Source: Callorhinchus milii
Taxonomy: Eukaryota
Assembly (NCBI RefSeq): GCF_018977255.1
Contig: NW_024704743.1
Span: 74,154,001 to 74,218,000, forward strand
Reading direction: 5' to 3'
Length of the DNA stretch: 64,000 nt
Shown here: piece by piece, positions 53,412-64,000 of the stretch
Layout: every line of letters starts with the position of its first letter
Position numbering within the stretch: position 1 is the stretch's first letter
The notes under the pieces: model-generated
Told to the model about the DNA's origin: nothing
The model's database searches: none
What the model saw: the letters and a program-made list of their open reading frames with translations, nothing else
Position numbers and translations under genes: made by a program

Positions 53412-54917
53412 GCACGGCGACTGTCACTAAAGGTACTCTTCAGGAAGAGACCTGTGACTCTCTGCTGCTTTTTCAGTGCCCTTTCCATGGTGATGATTAA
53501 TACTCTTCCGCCTCTACCGACTGCTGACAACAGCATATTTGGCTTTGACTATCGAGCTCCCGGCCGGCCACATGGCAGATACACTCAACATCGTCTGTGG
53601 AGAAACAGCACTGGTGCCTTTGTCAAAAAGACAACCGCCTCCCAGACAAATGGCAAACTCCCGCCCATGGGGAGGAAAAAGCTGAAACGATGGCCTGTGG
53701 GTGACGCACAGTATAACTACATGCAGTCCAATTATGGAGAAAGGCACAAATATCCCAGCAACTCAGATAAAGCAGATAAACCAAAGGGGAAAGGACGGCA
53801 GCTGAAAGGAATCCACAGGAAAACAAATGATAACCAGGCTGAGGCTTTTGAACCTCAAGCACAAGAGATGTCTCCCCAGAGACGGGGGATGTCTCCCCAG
53901 ATACAAGCTGGTAAGAACACTGATCCTCATGGGATGACACAGGATAACAGACCACCACCCACACACTCTCCATCTTCAGTGGAGAAGCCTATTTTACAAG
54001 CTAACAATGTGAATCGAATTGTAACAATCAAACGCAGTTCTGTTCAACTATCTCAAAAGTCTGTCACTTTGAAGATTTCTACATCCGGTGTGAAGGATGG
54101 GATGTCTCATGATAAACCAGTCCTTCAGGGCACCTCAGATAAAAAGCAAAATGCCCCTCAATTTAAAACCTCTTCAAACCGTACAGAAAGTGTACCTGTC
54201 CAAAAGGTTAAGAACAAGGCATACCACCAAACTACCAGAACCTCATCCACCAACAGTGCAAGTGACATGTTCTTGGCAAATAATGGGAAAAGTGAGGACA
54301 GACGAGGAGGTGAACCTAAGCTGTGTAACAATTTTGAAGCAAACCTGCTACTTTCAGACTCGGGAGATAAGGCTAGTCTCCTTGGGCATCCACCACCTTG
54401 GTTCAATTCAAATGACATTGAAAAGATGAAGTTGCTGAGTAAGGGTTCAGTAACGGCGAAGGAACGGATACCTGGTCATGGGCAAGTAATGCAAGTCGGT
54501 CTGAGCTCTCACCCTGACACTGTAATCCCCGACCTCCTGGCACACTGTCAGGATGGGTTTTGTGGTTTGATAAAGAGACCCAGTGATCTTTATGAAGTAT
54601 TAGCGTTCCATTTGGACAGGGTTCTGGGTCTCAACCGGAGCCTTCCTGTCGTGGCCCGAAGATTCAGCGATGGATTGCTGCCATACAGGTACACAGATGG
54701 AGTGCCCAGGCCAATTGTTTGGTGGGATTCTGATATTCAGCATCTGGATAATCCCAACAAGGACCAAAATTCATTTGAGTTGAGTTGGCTACAATACCAG
54801 GCTCAGCTGCAAAGGCACTGTGGCACTGCAGACTCTCAGAAGAATCCCACAGAGGACTGTCTCAGTGTGAAACATTCTGAGTGGGGCAGATTGGCTCTCT
54901 TTGACTTCCTCTTACAG
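53412..54917 (+). CDS. GASK1A: GASK1A (FAM198A) Golgi-associated kinase 1A, large exon 2
   Basis: ccttgtatag|GCA...CAG|gtaata; 1506 nt, 502 codons. Basic N-terminus plus hydrophobic anchor, low-complexity stem, then [69 protein letters not shown] and [13 protein letters not shown], which are FAM198A-type. The true exon starts 14 codons before the track ORF. Confidence 0.93.
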
Positions 54918-55003
54918 GTAATACTTCTTCTACGTGAAGCATTGATTTCCCTCACTTTTTAACACAACTACCTAAGATATATATAGAGAGAAAAAGCTGC
55001 TGA

Positions 55004-55310
55004 GGAGTCCTATAGTTCAGTGGTTAGAGCACTCGCCTTGCAAGCGAGAGACCTGGGTTTGATTCCCGACAGGGTGAAACCTTGGACAAGTTTCCTTCCT
55101 GATAATAATCGCTCAAGGATAAAACAATAATAAAATTGGTCACTTCAATCCACGACTGTTTGTGGGACACTGCTGCGCGCAATTGGCTGCCGCGTTTCCC
55201 CCACAAACATACAGTCAATTCACTTTACAGTATATTCTGTGAAGCTCTTTGAGACGTCTAGAAGTCGTGAGAAGCGCTATATCAAATGCAAGGATGATTA
55301 TTATTACTAT
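55004..55310 (+). mobile_element. tRNA-Ala-derived SINE, short form
   Basis: Colinear with 56322-56653. Confidence 0.9.
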
Positions 55311-55819
55311 GATATACTTAAAGAATAGCTTTGAACTTCACAATGGTACGAAAAGCAATGCTATTTAAAAATGTGCTTATCAGTGAGATATTTAAAGATT
55401 TTGGAAATGCAACTGTTTAGTGCTACATTGCTAACCCAATAGTTCACTATCTATGTTTAAGATTGGAACATATGTACAGAATTAGGCCATTTGACCCGTT
55501 AAGCTTGTTCTGCCGTTAAGTCTACAGCAACTCAATAATTTTATTCTTTTCCTTTCCCCAAATCCCTTTATACTTGTCCCTTACTTACTAATATCTTTAT
55601 AACCTTATTCACTAAGGTATGCATCTCAGTTTGTTTTAAGATCCTCAGTTTATTCTATAGCTTTTGGCCATCCAATATTCTCACCACTTTTTTTCTGGCC
55701 ACCCTTTTAGTGTCTTAGCTCGAATCTTATGGTTATGTCTTCTTTTTGAGATTCCCAACTACAGTCAAGAGTCTGTTCCCCTATTGAACAGCTAAATCAG
55801 ATCACGTTAACTTCCTTAA

Positions 55820-55990
55820 CTTCAAGACTGAGATAGATATGTTTCTTATTGCAAAAGGGATTAGGGATATGGGGATAAGCAGGGTCAGGTTATTAGCTGA
55901 AGTTAGATTAGAAGATCAGCCATGATTGAATGGCGGGGCAGGCTGAAGGGCCGAATGGCCTACTCCTGCTCCTACATGTTATGTTATGTG
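55820..55990 (+). mobile_element. CR1 3' UTR fragment, same family as 61495-63381
   Basis: GGGATTAGGGATATGGGGAT...GAAGATCAGCCATGAT...GAATGGCGGGGCAGGCT...GGCCGAATGGCCTACTCCTGCTCCTA matches 63240-63355. Confidence 0.85.
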
Positions 55991-56321
55991 ATATTAGGTT
56001 TGGGAACAGGTTGGGCATATGATACAACTCTGTACAATGATACATACCTCCTTACATAGCTCTATAGTTAGTACAATGTTATCAAATGATAATTTCCCTC
56101 TTACAGAGTTGTAACATATTTGTATATAGAGTATTATACAATGTTTGTCTTTCCCTTACAGGACTTTTAACATGAAGCTCATAATCAAGGGATAAAGTTC
56201 GTGGTGTTTCACAACACATTCCTAGTTAATTAATACAAGAAACCATGCAATGACATGCTATAAACTTTAAGCCATATTGTGGTATTTTTTGGGATGATTA
56301 TTGTAATGAAAGGATCATTGT

Positions 56322-56653
56322 GGAGTCCTGTAGCTCAGTGGTTAGAGCACTCGCTTTGCAAGCGAGAGACCTGAGTTCAATTCCAGGCAGAGGGCGAAAC
56401 CTTGGGCAAGTTTCCTTACTCCACACACCTAATAATAATCCCTCCAAAAACAATAATAAATTGGTCATTTTCAATCTACGACTCTTTGTGGGACATTGCT
56501 GTGCGCAATTGGCTGCCGCGTTCGCCCACAAATATACAGTCAATTCACTTTACAGTGTGTTCTGTGAAGCGCTTTGGGCCGTCCTCCCAACGTGAAAAGC
56601 GCTGTATCAAATGCAAGGATTATTATTATTATTCTAAAGGAACTAAAACATTA
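56322..56653 (+). mobile_element. Full-length tRNA-Ala-derived SINE, short form
   Basis: A box TAGCTCAGTGG; anticodon arm CTCGC-TTTGCAA-GCGAG (TGC); B box GAGTTCAATTCC; ACCTTGGGCAAGT; Deu-like TGTGGGACATTGCTGTGCGCAATTGGCTGCCGCG; L2-like tail and (TTA)n. Confidence 0.93.
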
Positions 56654-59600
56654 ACAATCCTATTACTAGGGTCAATTTAAATGGGCTTCCTTTGACTGAA
56701 AGATAAAACCATTCACTTTACCAGTGCTATAACTCTGAAGTGTTGTAATTCTAATAGTTCCCACATGATTACCGTAACCTATCCTTTATGTCTGTTTGAA
56801 CGTATTGGCATTCATTGTTTCAAGGTTATTGTTGTGATTGAATATAATGCAACTCAACAGAGGATTGTCCAAGAACGAAAATGTCATTGCGGCTCATCTT
56901 CTGTTACAACGGTAAAGAAAATAACAACATAAACAAGAAATAATCCTGCACAACTCTACCTTTCATTCCCTTAATCTCGTTCTTTTTGAATTGAGTTATT
57001 TCTGAACTGTGTGTTCACCTCCCCTGTTCTGAGTTTGATTCAATATGCTTTGATCATGTTAAACTCTACTTTTGTTTTCATCGACTTTAGCACAATGTGA
57101 CATGACGACCATTCATGTTTGTGACTGCTTTGTATTCAGTGGACACTCTGTGACAGATTCCTCATTACAAATGTTATTTTTGTTTTAACTGGCATACTGC
57201 AAGCTGCTCTCTACATATATTCATGAATCAGGACTCAGAGCATAAGAACACAAGTCCGAACACTCCAGAAAGTCTACAAGCAGCACAGAGAAGGGTGAAC
57301 TCTGGGATTTTTTAACCCAAAAATGATATTATGAGCTCTCTGGTTCAAGAGAAAAGGGTATTGAATTTAGAAGTGATGGAAAGCAACCGACTAAAGTGAT
57401 GGAAACTAAGCACGATGGTAATGAAATACACTCTTTCTGAAACTTACTAAAAACAAAGTATATTGTGTTCTGTGTTATTATAAAATCTTTCATTATTTAT
57501 ATCAATTGTAAAGGTAACTGAAATTCTTAAATTGTACATAATTTAATCAGCATTTCTACAGTGATAGCTACATTAATATCTTTTTAAAAGGTGCGGTCAT
57601 AAGAGCTTTGATCAGATAAATTCTCCTCATGGTCATTCTCTGAATGCAGTGGCATATCGGTTGTAATGTAGCTGGAACTGCCTGTACCAAACAGCAGACA
57701 GTGCTCTCAGTGGAGCTCTGAAGGGCTATCTTCTGTTGCTGAGAGTTGGGCTGTTAGCTTCTCATTGTGATTACAGCAGAACAGCTAGAAAACAGGCCTG
57801 CTCCACCAACGGCCACCAACAAGATGCATTATGTGATGCAAAGTAGTCCTGTCACTGTATCTGAGTAAAACCCAATTGTACAGTTTGCAAAGGCATTCAA
57901 ATGTCTTTGGTTGTCACCTCCTATACACCCTGAACGTGAGGTGAGCTAATGATGGGATGCCACATGCCCACTATGACTGATCTCTTGTTACATCTTTTTC
58001 AGATGACAAAAACAATAAATTACATTTGTATAAGCGCCCTTCACATTGGGAGGACGTCCCAGGGCGCTGATCTCTGGACAGTCCCATAAGGCTGTCAGAT
58101 GAGTCACAGCCTCATGGGAATGTCCAGAGATGATGCTAAAAAAATTGCCTTGAAAGGTGTGGGATCTTCCTGGCATTGGAGAGCACAGGTCTATTTTATT
58201 CCCATCAGAGGATTTGATGCATATCATGAGCACTGTCATCATCCTGTTCCCTCCCTCTTGGAGATGGCAATAGAATCAGGAGGGAATAAATGGAAAAGCA
58301 TTGATATTAAAGCATTTCACATTGATATGTGAAAGAATGACATGTGAAAGAGTTAAATAATTATGTGTTCTTACTGTATGTGGTGTTGGCCTGGTTTTGT
58401 ACAGGGTAATAATTTATATTAAGACCAATTGAACTGACACATATTCATTTGCATGATTCACTGCTAATGAATAGTGTCTAGCCAAAGTGGGTGGTAACCA
58501 CAAGGTTACTTGCATGCATGTCATGATGCCATCCGTTCTTTACTGAACACATTTTAAAACATGACTGAGCCTAGACTTTGCACGGCTTGAACATATCTTA
58601 GTAAAAATCTCCTCATGGGGTAAAAATTTCATCAGGCCTTACACATTATGCATTTGGTGTTTTCGGCCATTAAAGGATTTCTCTTATACAGTAATCGCAC
58701 AGCAAAAGCAGTGCAGAGGCTCAATGGAGTTTTTACCCATGAGGTAAGATGAGTTGGTATGGTGCTCTTGCTGAGAAGTGGAGAACTTTTTTCCGCCTCG
58801 ATGTCTACCCTGGGAAGTGCTTTTTAGGGTTACTATTGTGATAACAACGACAACAAAAGCTTGCATTTATACAGCGCCCCCTCATGCAAGGTAGCGTCCT
58901 AGAGCACCTGAACATTGTTCTTATGATATAGTTGTTGTGACAAACATTTTGCTGAAAACTTTGGCCAGACCAAACAAGTTAAGCAGGTTGAAAGTATTCA
59001 GTAAGATAAATCCTCTAGCATGAAGGAATTGTTGCTTTAGTCATTACTGAAAGTCTCTACCTGACTTGCAGCTGTAAAGCCTTCATCTTAGGGCATTCTC
59101 ACCACAAATGTAAATTGTAATTGGGGCTTTGAATTAATTTGCTCGCATACAGCATTCAGTGTTGGCTCTTGGCTGTTCATGTACATCTTAAATTTTCCTT
59201 GGCAAAGACCAAGTTTGAATCTTCTTCCCATAATATTTGAACACCTGGAGGAATGAACGTCTCTTTTGTCTCAAAGGCAATCTAGACACTGATTGTGATT
59301 TTGACGCAATCTTCAACATATCAGGTAACAGCTCATGTCAAAAACTCCACAAGATCACTATTTAGATCTAGTTTGTTCTCGAGCTGAAGGGGCGGTTCAA
59401 ATATAATGAGGTAGAGACCTGAAACCCACCTCTTTTGGTTCCTCTTTCACCTTGAGCCATTAAGATGTTTTTCAGGAAAACAGAAAAATTCATTCCAATA
59501 TTTCAGAGTGTTTCGAATTCATCAGGGAGGTCACCTCCCCTCCCCGCCTCTCCATCCTCAACTACTGATTGGTTGAATACACCTTCGCAAATAAGTGGGC

Positions 59601-59878
59601 AGCAAAACCAATTTAGTGATGTTAAAGATTTTTAGGATTTGGTCCTGCTTTTTGCTCTTTTAATGTGCAAATGCCTCCATATTGGAGCTAAATGATACTG
59701 AATAATTTTTAACCCCATCCTTGGCTAATCATTCTCTGTGTTTTATTAATGATTGCTGGTAACTATAGAGGGGTGTACATTGGAATAAAATGGTGAAGAG
59801 GAGGACAATGTTGATTGTTCTATATATGGTGGACGTTGCTGTTTAGTGTGCAGTCGTGTGCAGTTGTGGATCATTACA

Positions 59879-60245
59879 GGAGTCCTGTAGCTTAGTAGTT
59901 AGAGCACTTGTCTCGCAAGTGAGAGGACCTGGGTTTAATTTCCGACAGGGCGAAAAGTTGGGCAAGTTTCCTTACTCCACATGCCTCTGTTTATCTAGCA
60001 ATAAGTAGGAACCCGGTTGTTAGTTGATTGGCAGATCGCTTTTCCCGGCAGTAATAATTCCTTCAAAATAAATTTAAAAAAATAATTTGGTCACTCAATC
60101 CACGACTGCTGTGCGCAATCGGCTGCCGTGTTTCGCCCACAAAGTATATAGTCAATTTACTTTACAGTATATTCTGTGAAGCACTTTGAGACATCTCGAA
60201 GACGTGATATGGCGCTATATCAAATGCAAGAATTATTATTATTAT
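59879..60245 (+). mobile_element. tRNA-Ala-derived SINE, long form
   Basis: Same head, plus an extra TCTGTTTATCTAGCAATAAGTAGGAACCCGGTTGTTAGTTGATTG... segment. Confidence 0.9.
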
Positions 60246-61494
60246 CTATTATGTTATAACCATGCCCGTTTAATATTGAATGAAATGAAATACAAATATT
60301 TTGTTAAAAGAAAAGAGATCCCACTTAATATGTACATTGCTAGGAGACAAGAAGCCAGCCAACTAGACTTCCCATCAGCCAGGCAGAAGTGCCAGCAGAC
60401 TTTTGCAGAGTGTACGATCAAGGGACTGACAGTCTGTAGCACAGGATAGAAAGGCACAGATTCTGGTAAGTTTCTATATCATCTGTTATAATCCAACAGT
60501 TTTTATAGCAAGGCACAACATTAGTAATAACCACAATTGTATGCATGTGCAACCCCTTTGGGTGCCTCATAGGTAAGACACATGCTAATGTTAATTCTCA
60601 GTACTGAACTAATATTTTTACTGTCTCTTTCCACAGGGTAGTGCAGACCTCATGGAATCTAAAAACATGTTGCGAAGTGACTACTGGCACAGAACAGGCA
60701 CCAGTCACTTCATCATCACAACATTGCACTCATCATCAATGCCAGAGAATGACGCACTGCCATGGAGGAAACTTCGGGAGACAGGTTGAGCAAGCAATGC
60801 AACCAGACATGCTTCCCACGCCCCCCACCCCACCACCAAATTATCACAAAATAATTTGTTTGCATTCAGATGGTATAGAGAAAGTATAGAGACCTATAGG
60901 CTTCACTGCCCTACGCCTTGAAAATTGACACGGTCAATATGCAGGGGCTGACAGACTGACAACATGGATGTGAAGAGCTGCATTAACAATGTGCATAGTC
61001 ACGCATTGCTGCCACATCGGTATTCAGTGGATTCTGGGTCTTTTGCCACAGTCAATGATGCAGGATGCCTTAACTGGAGTTGGGGCTGGTTGATCTGCTC
61101 TGCCTGTAGGTGGCAGTGGCCAACGTGCTGAAGTGCAACATGCCCAAGAGTTTGGTTTTGCAGACCTAAAGTTTGGCATGAGTTCTGCTGTAGCTTTTGT
61201 TGTGGCTGAGATAAGGGATGATTTGTAGACTTCTCTGCACAAAGGATTTCACAGGCATTCAAGAATTCATTCCAAATGACCACCTGTCTGCTCTTGCTGG
61301 GTCTCACACAGTGGCGCTGCCCCATCCGTCAGCCCAAGGTGATTCCACATCTTTTGGTTCTAGCTGCTAACATGACTCACAAGACCCCAACTGGTGGTAA
61401 GTGGACATCACAAGCACAGCCAATAGAGCACAGACTGAGAATTAATACCACAGATCTGATGCTGTACATCCAGAGCACTTAACTACACACTCTG

Positions 61495-63381
61495 GAATAT
61501 GAGGGCAAACCAGCGAAGAACATAAAGACAGACGGCAAGAGTTTTTATAAATATATAAAGAGGAAGAGGCTGTCAAAGGTAAATGTGGGTCCGCTACAGG
61601 CAGAGACGGGGGGAATTATAGTAGGGGACAAAGACATGGCAGAGTCATTAAACAAGTACTTTGCTACTGTCTTCACCTTAGAAGACACTGAAAACCTACC
61701 AAGAATAGAGGGGAACCAAGAAGACAATGTTAGCGAGCAACTTGGGGAAATTAATATTAGTAAAGAAATGGTTTTAGGTAAATTGTCAGGTCTTAAAACT
61801 GATAAATCTCCTGGACCTGATGGCCTACATCCTAGGGTTTTAAAAGAGGTGGCTACTGAGATAGTGGATGGCTTGTCTTTGATCTTCCAAAATTCTCTGG
61901 ATTCTGGAACGGTTCCCATTGATTGGAAGATTGCAAACGTAACACCACTATTTAAGAAGGGTGGGAGAGAAAAGATGGGGAACTATAGACCAGTTAGTCT
62001 GACATCAGTGGTAGGGAAAATTCTTGAGTCCTTAATTAAAGATGTGTTTATGGGATTCCTGGAAGACCATAACAAGATTGTGAAGAGTCAACATGGCTTT
62101 ACAAAAGGGAAGTCATGCTTAACTAATCTTTTAGAGTTTTTTGAAGATGTATCTAGCAGGTTAGATAGGGGGGAACCAGTAGATGTAGTATATTTAGATT
62201 TTAAAAAGGCATTTGACAAAGTGCCACACAAAAGGCTATTGCACAAGGTTAAGGCCCACGGGATTAATGGGAACATATTAGCATGGATTGAAGAGTGGCT
62301 AACGGGTAGAAAACAGAGAGTAGGGATAAACGGGTCATTCTCGAATTGGCAGGATGTGACTAGTGGAGTGCCACAAGGATCAGTGCTTGGGCCTCAGCTA
62401 TTTACAATTTACATCAATGATCTAGACGAGGACATTGAATGTAACGTATCTAAATTCGCGGATGACACTAAACTAGGTGGGAGAGTAAGCTCTGAGGATG
62501 ATGCAAAAAGATTGCAACGGGATATAGATAGGCCAGGGGAGTGGGCGAGTAGGTGGCAGATGGAATTTAATGTGGGGAAGTGTGAAGTTATTCACCTAGG
62601 TAGAAAAAATAGAAAAACAGATTATTTTCTAGAGGGGGAGAGATTAGATAGTGTTAGTGTTCAGAGGGATTTGGGTGTCCTTGTACACCAGTCTCAAAAA
62701 GTTAGTTTGCAGGTGCAGCAAGCAACTAAGAAGGCGAACGGCATGTTAGCGTTCATTGCAAAAGGTTTAGAGTACAAGAGTAGGGAAGTCTTGCTGCAAC
62801 TGTATAGGGCCTTGGTGAGACCGCACCTAGAGTATTGTGTGCAGTTTTGGTCTCCTTATTTAAAAAAGGAAATACTTGCCCTAGAGGGGTGCAGCGTAGA
62901 TTCACTCGGTTAGTTTCTGGGATGAGGGGACTGACCTATGAGAATAGGCTGAATAAACTAGGGCTATGTTCTCTAGAGTACAGAAGAATTAGGGGAGATC
63001 TTATTGAAACATATAAGATTTTTAAAGGGCTGGATAAAGTAGACACTGAGGGACTGCTGCCCCTGGTAGGAGAATCTATAACCAGGGGTCAGTCTTAAAA
63101 TTAAGGGTCAGCCTTTTAGAACAGAGTTGAGGAAACATTTCTTCACTCAGAGGGTAGTGAATTTCACTACCCCAGAAGGCTGTAGCTGCTCGGTCCTTGA
63201 ACATCGTCAAGGCTGAAACTGATATATTTTTAAAAATAGAGGGATTAGGGGATATGGGGATAGAGCAGGTAATTAGAGTTAGGTCTGAAGATCAGCCATG
63301 ATCTTATCGAATGGCAGGGCAGGCTCGAGGGGCCGAATGCCTACTCCTGCTCCTAATTCTTATGTTCTTATGTTCTTATGT
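61495..63381 (+). mobile_element. 5'-truncated CR1 LINE with reverse transcriptase domain
   Basis: ORF with KSPGPDG, NYRPVSLTS, QHGF, YLDFKKAFDKVPH, GVPQGSVLGP and KFADDTKL. Frameshift near 62888 (LEG/VQRRFTR). 3' end in (TTCTTATG)n octamers at about 63357-63380. Confidence 0.95.
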
Positions 63382-64000
63382 AACACATTGGATTCATACA
63401 CATACTCACATTTGTCAAATAAACAGCTGAATTAAACATTGAGCCTGATTTACATTAATTGAGTTAGTGGATCCAATTTTGAGAAACATTTATACCATAG
63501 CAGCATCCTCCCGACGTGAAAAGCGCTATAAAAATTTAATTTTGTTGTTGTTGTTGTTAGCATTTTCACTTCTGGTTACACACATTGAAAATTTGTTTTG
63601 CTCAAAGGTTTTGGTTATACAACTGATCTCCATCAAGCTGGTCATTCCACTTGAATAGCACCACATAAGTGGAAGCAGTTGTCATTGAAACTGATTAAAA
63701 TATTTAACGTTGTCAATAGAATGTAGTTTAATTTTAATTCTATTGCACTATTGCTTCTGCTGTTTATTATGCTTCAAGTACTGATAATGTTGTACTCAGT
63801 AGCTTATTTGGATGTTGGAACAACATCAGTGTGCATTGTAAAACATACTTTATTGTTCTGTGTGCGATGAGCATTCTGACCTGCACTCTACCAAATGTAA
63901 GGATTGTTATTATTCTGCAGGAGCATGAGTCAGGAGTATCCATGAGCTGTTAGTAAGACTTTTGTGAATATGAAACAGAATATCATTCGATTCACACTTA

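Noticed and set aside
53454..54962. Track ORF as a complete single-exon 502-aa gene
   Set aside because: It begins at an internal GTG and reads past the donor at 54918. The real exon is 53412-54917, and the kinase C-terminus must be encoded beyond it.
56322..56395. tRNA-Ala(TGC) gene (also at 7314, 41953, 55004, 59879, 26921)
   Set aside because: The acceptor stem cannot pair, there is no Pol III terminator after the T arm, and each continues into a SINE body and tail.
61585..62913. 442-aa reverse transcriptase as a novel or domesticated gene
   Set aside because: Ordinary CR1 ORF2 fragment: GTG pseudo-start, 5' truncation, downstream frameshifts and a CR1 octamer tail.

Overview
This is vertebrate genomic DNA, most likely from a cartilaginous fish. 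That is inferred from the repeat complement: SacSINE1-like Deu-domain SINEs, tRNA-Ala SINEs with (TTA)n tails, and L2 and CR1 LINEs. Two protein-coding genes lie on the + strand. (1) The last ten coding exons of NMT2 (N-myristoyltransferase 2) span 140-16519 and splice GT-AG into one open frame of 416 aa ending ...EKVGLVLQ*, followed by a 3' UTR. (2) The 5' part of GASK1A/FAM198A comprises a probable first exon ending in ATG at 47215-47217 and a 1506-nt second exon at 53412-54917; I did not find the kinase C-terminal exons in the window. The rest is intron and intergenic DNA dense in SINEs, L2/CR1 fragments (including a 1.9-kb CR1 with RT ORF at the right end) and small hairpin MITE-like elements. 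Nearly all short ORFs in the track are repeat-derived noise. I found no convincing novel protein system. The best leads are a chimeric tRNA/CORE-like/Deu/L2-tail SINE and its L2 partner, SINE tails next to both genes' splice acceptors, NMT2-GASK1A adjacency without RPP38, an orphan intron-like unit in GASK1A intron 2, and a candidate NFI/FOX enhancer. All family assignments come from recalled consensus sequences, not database searches.
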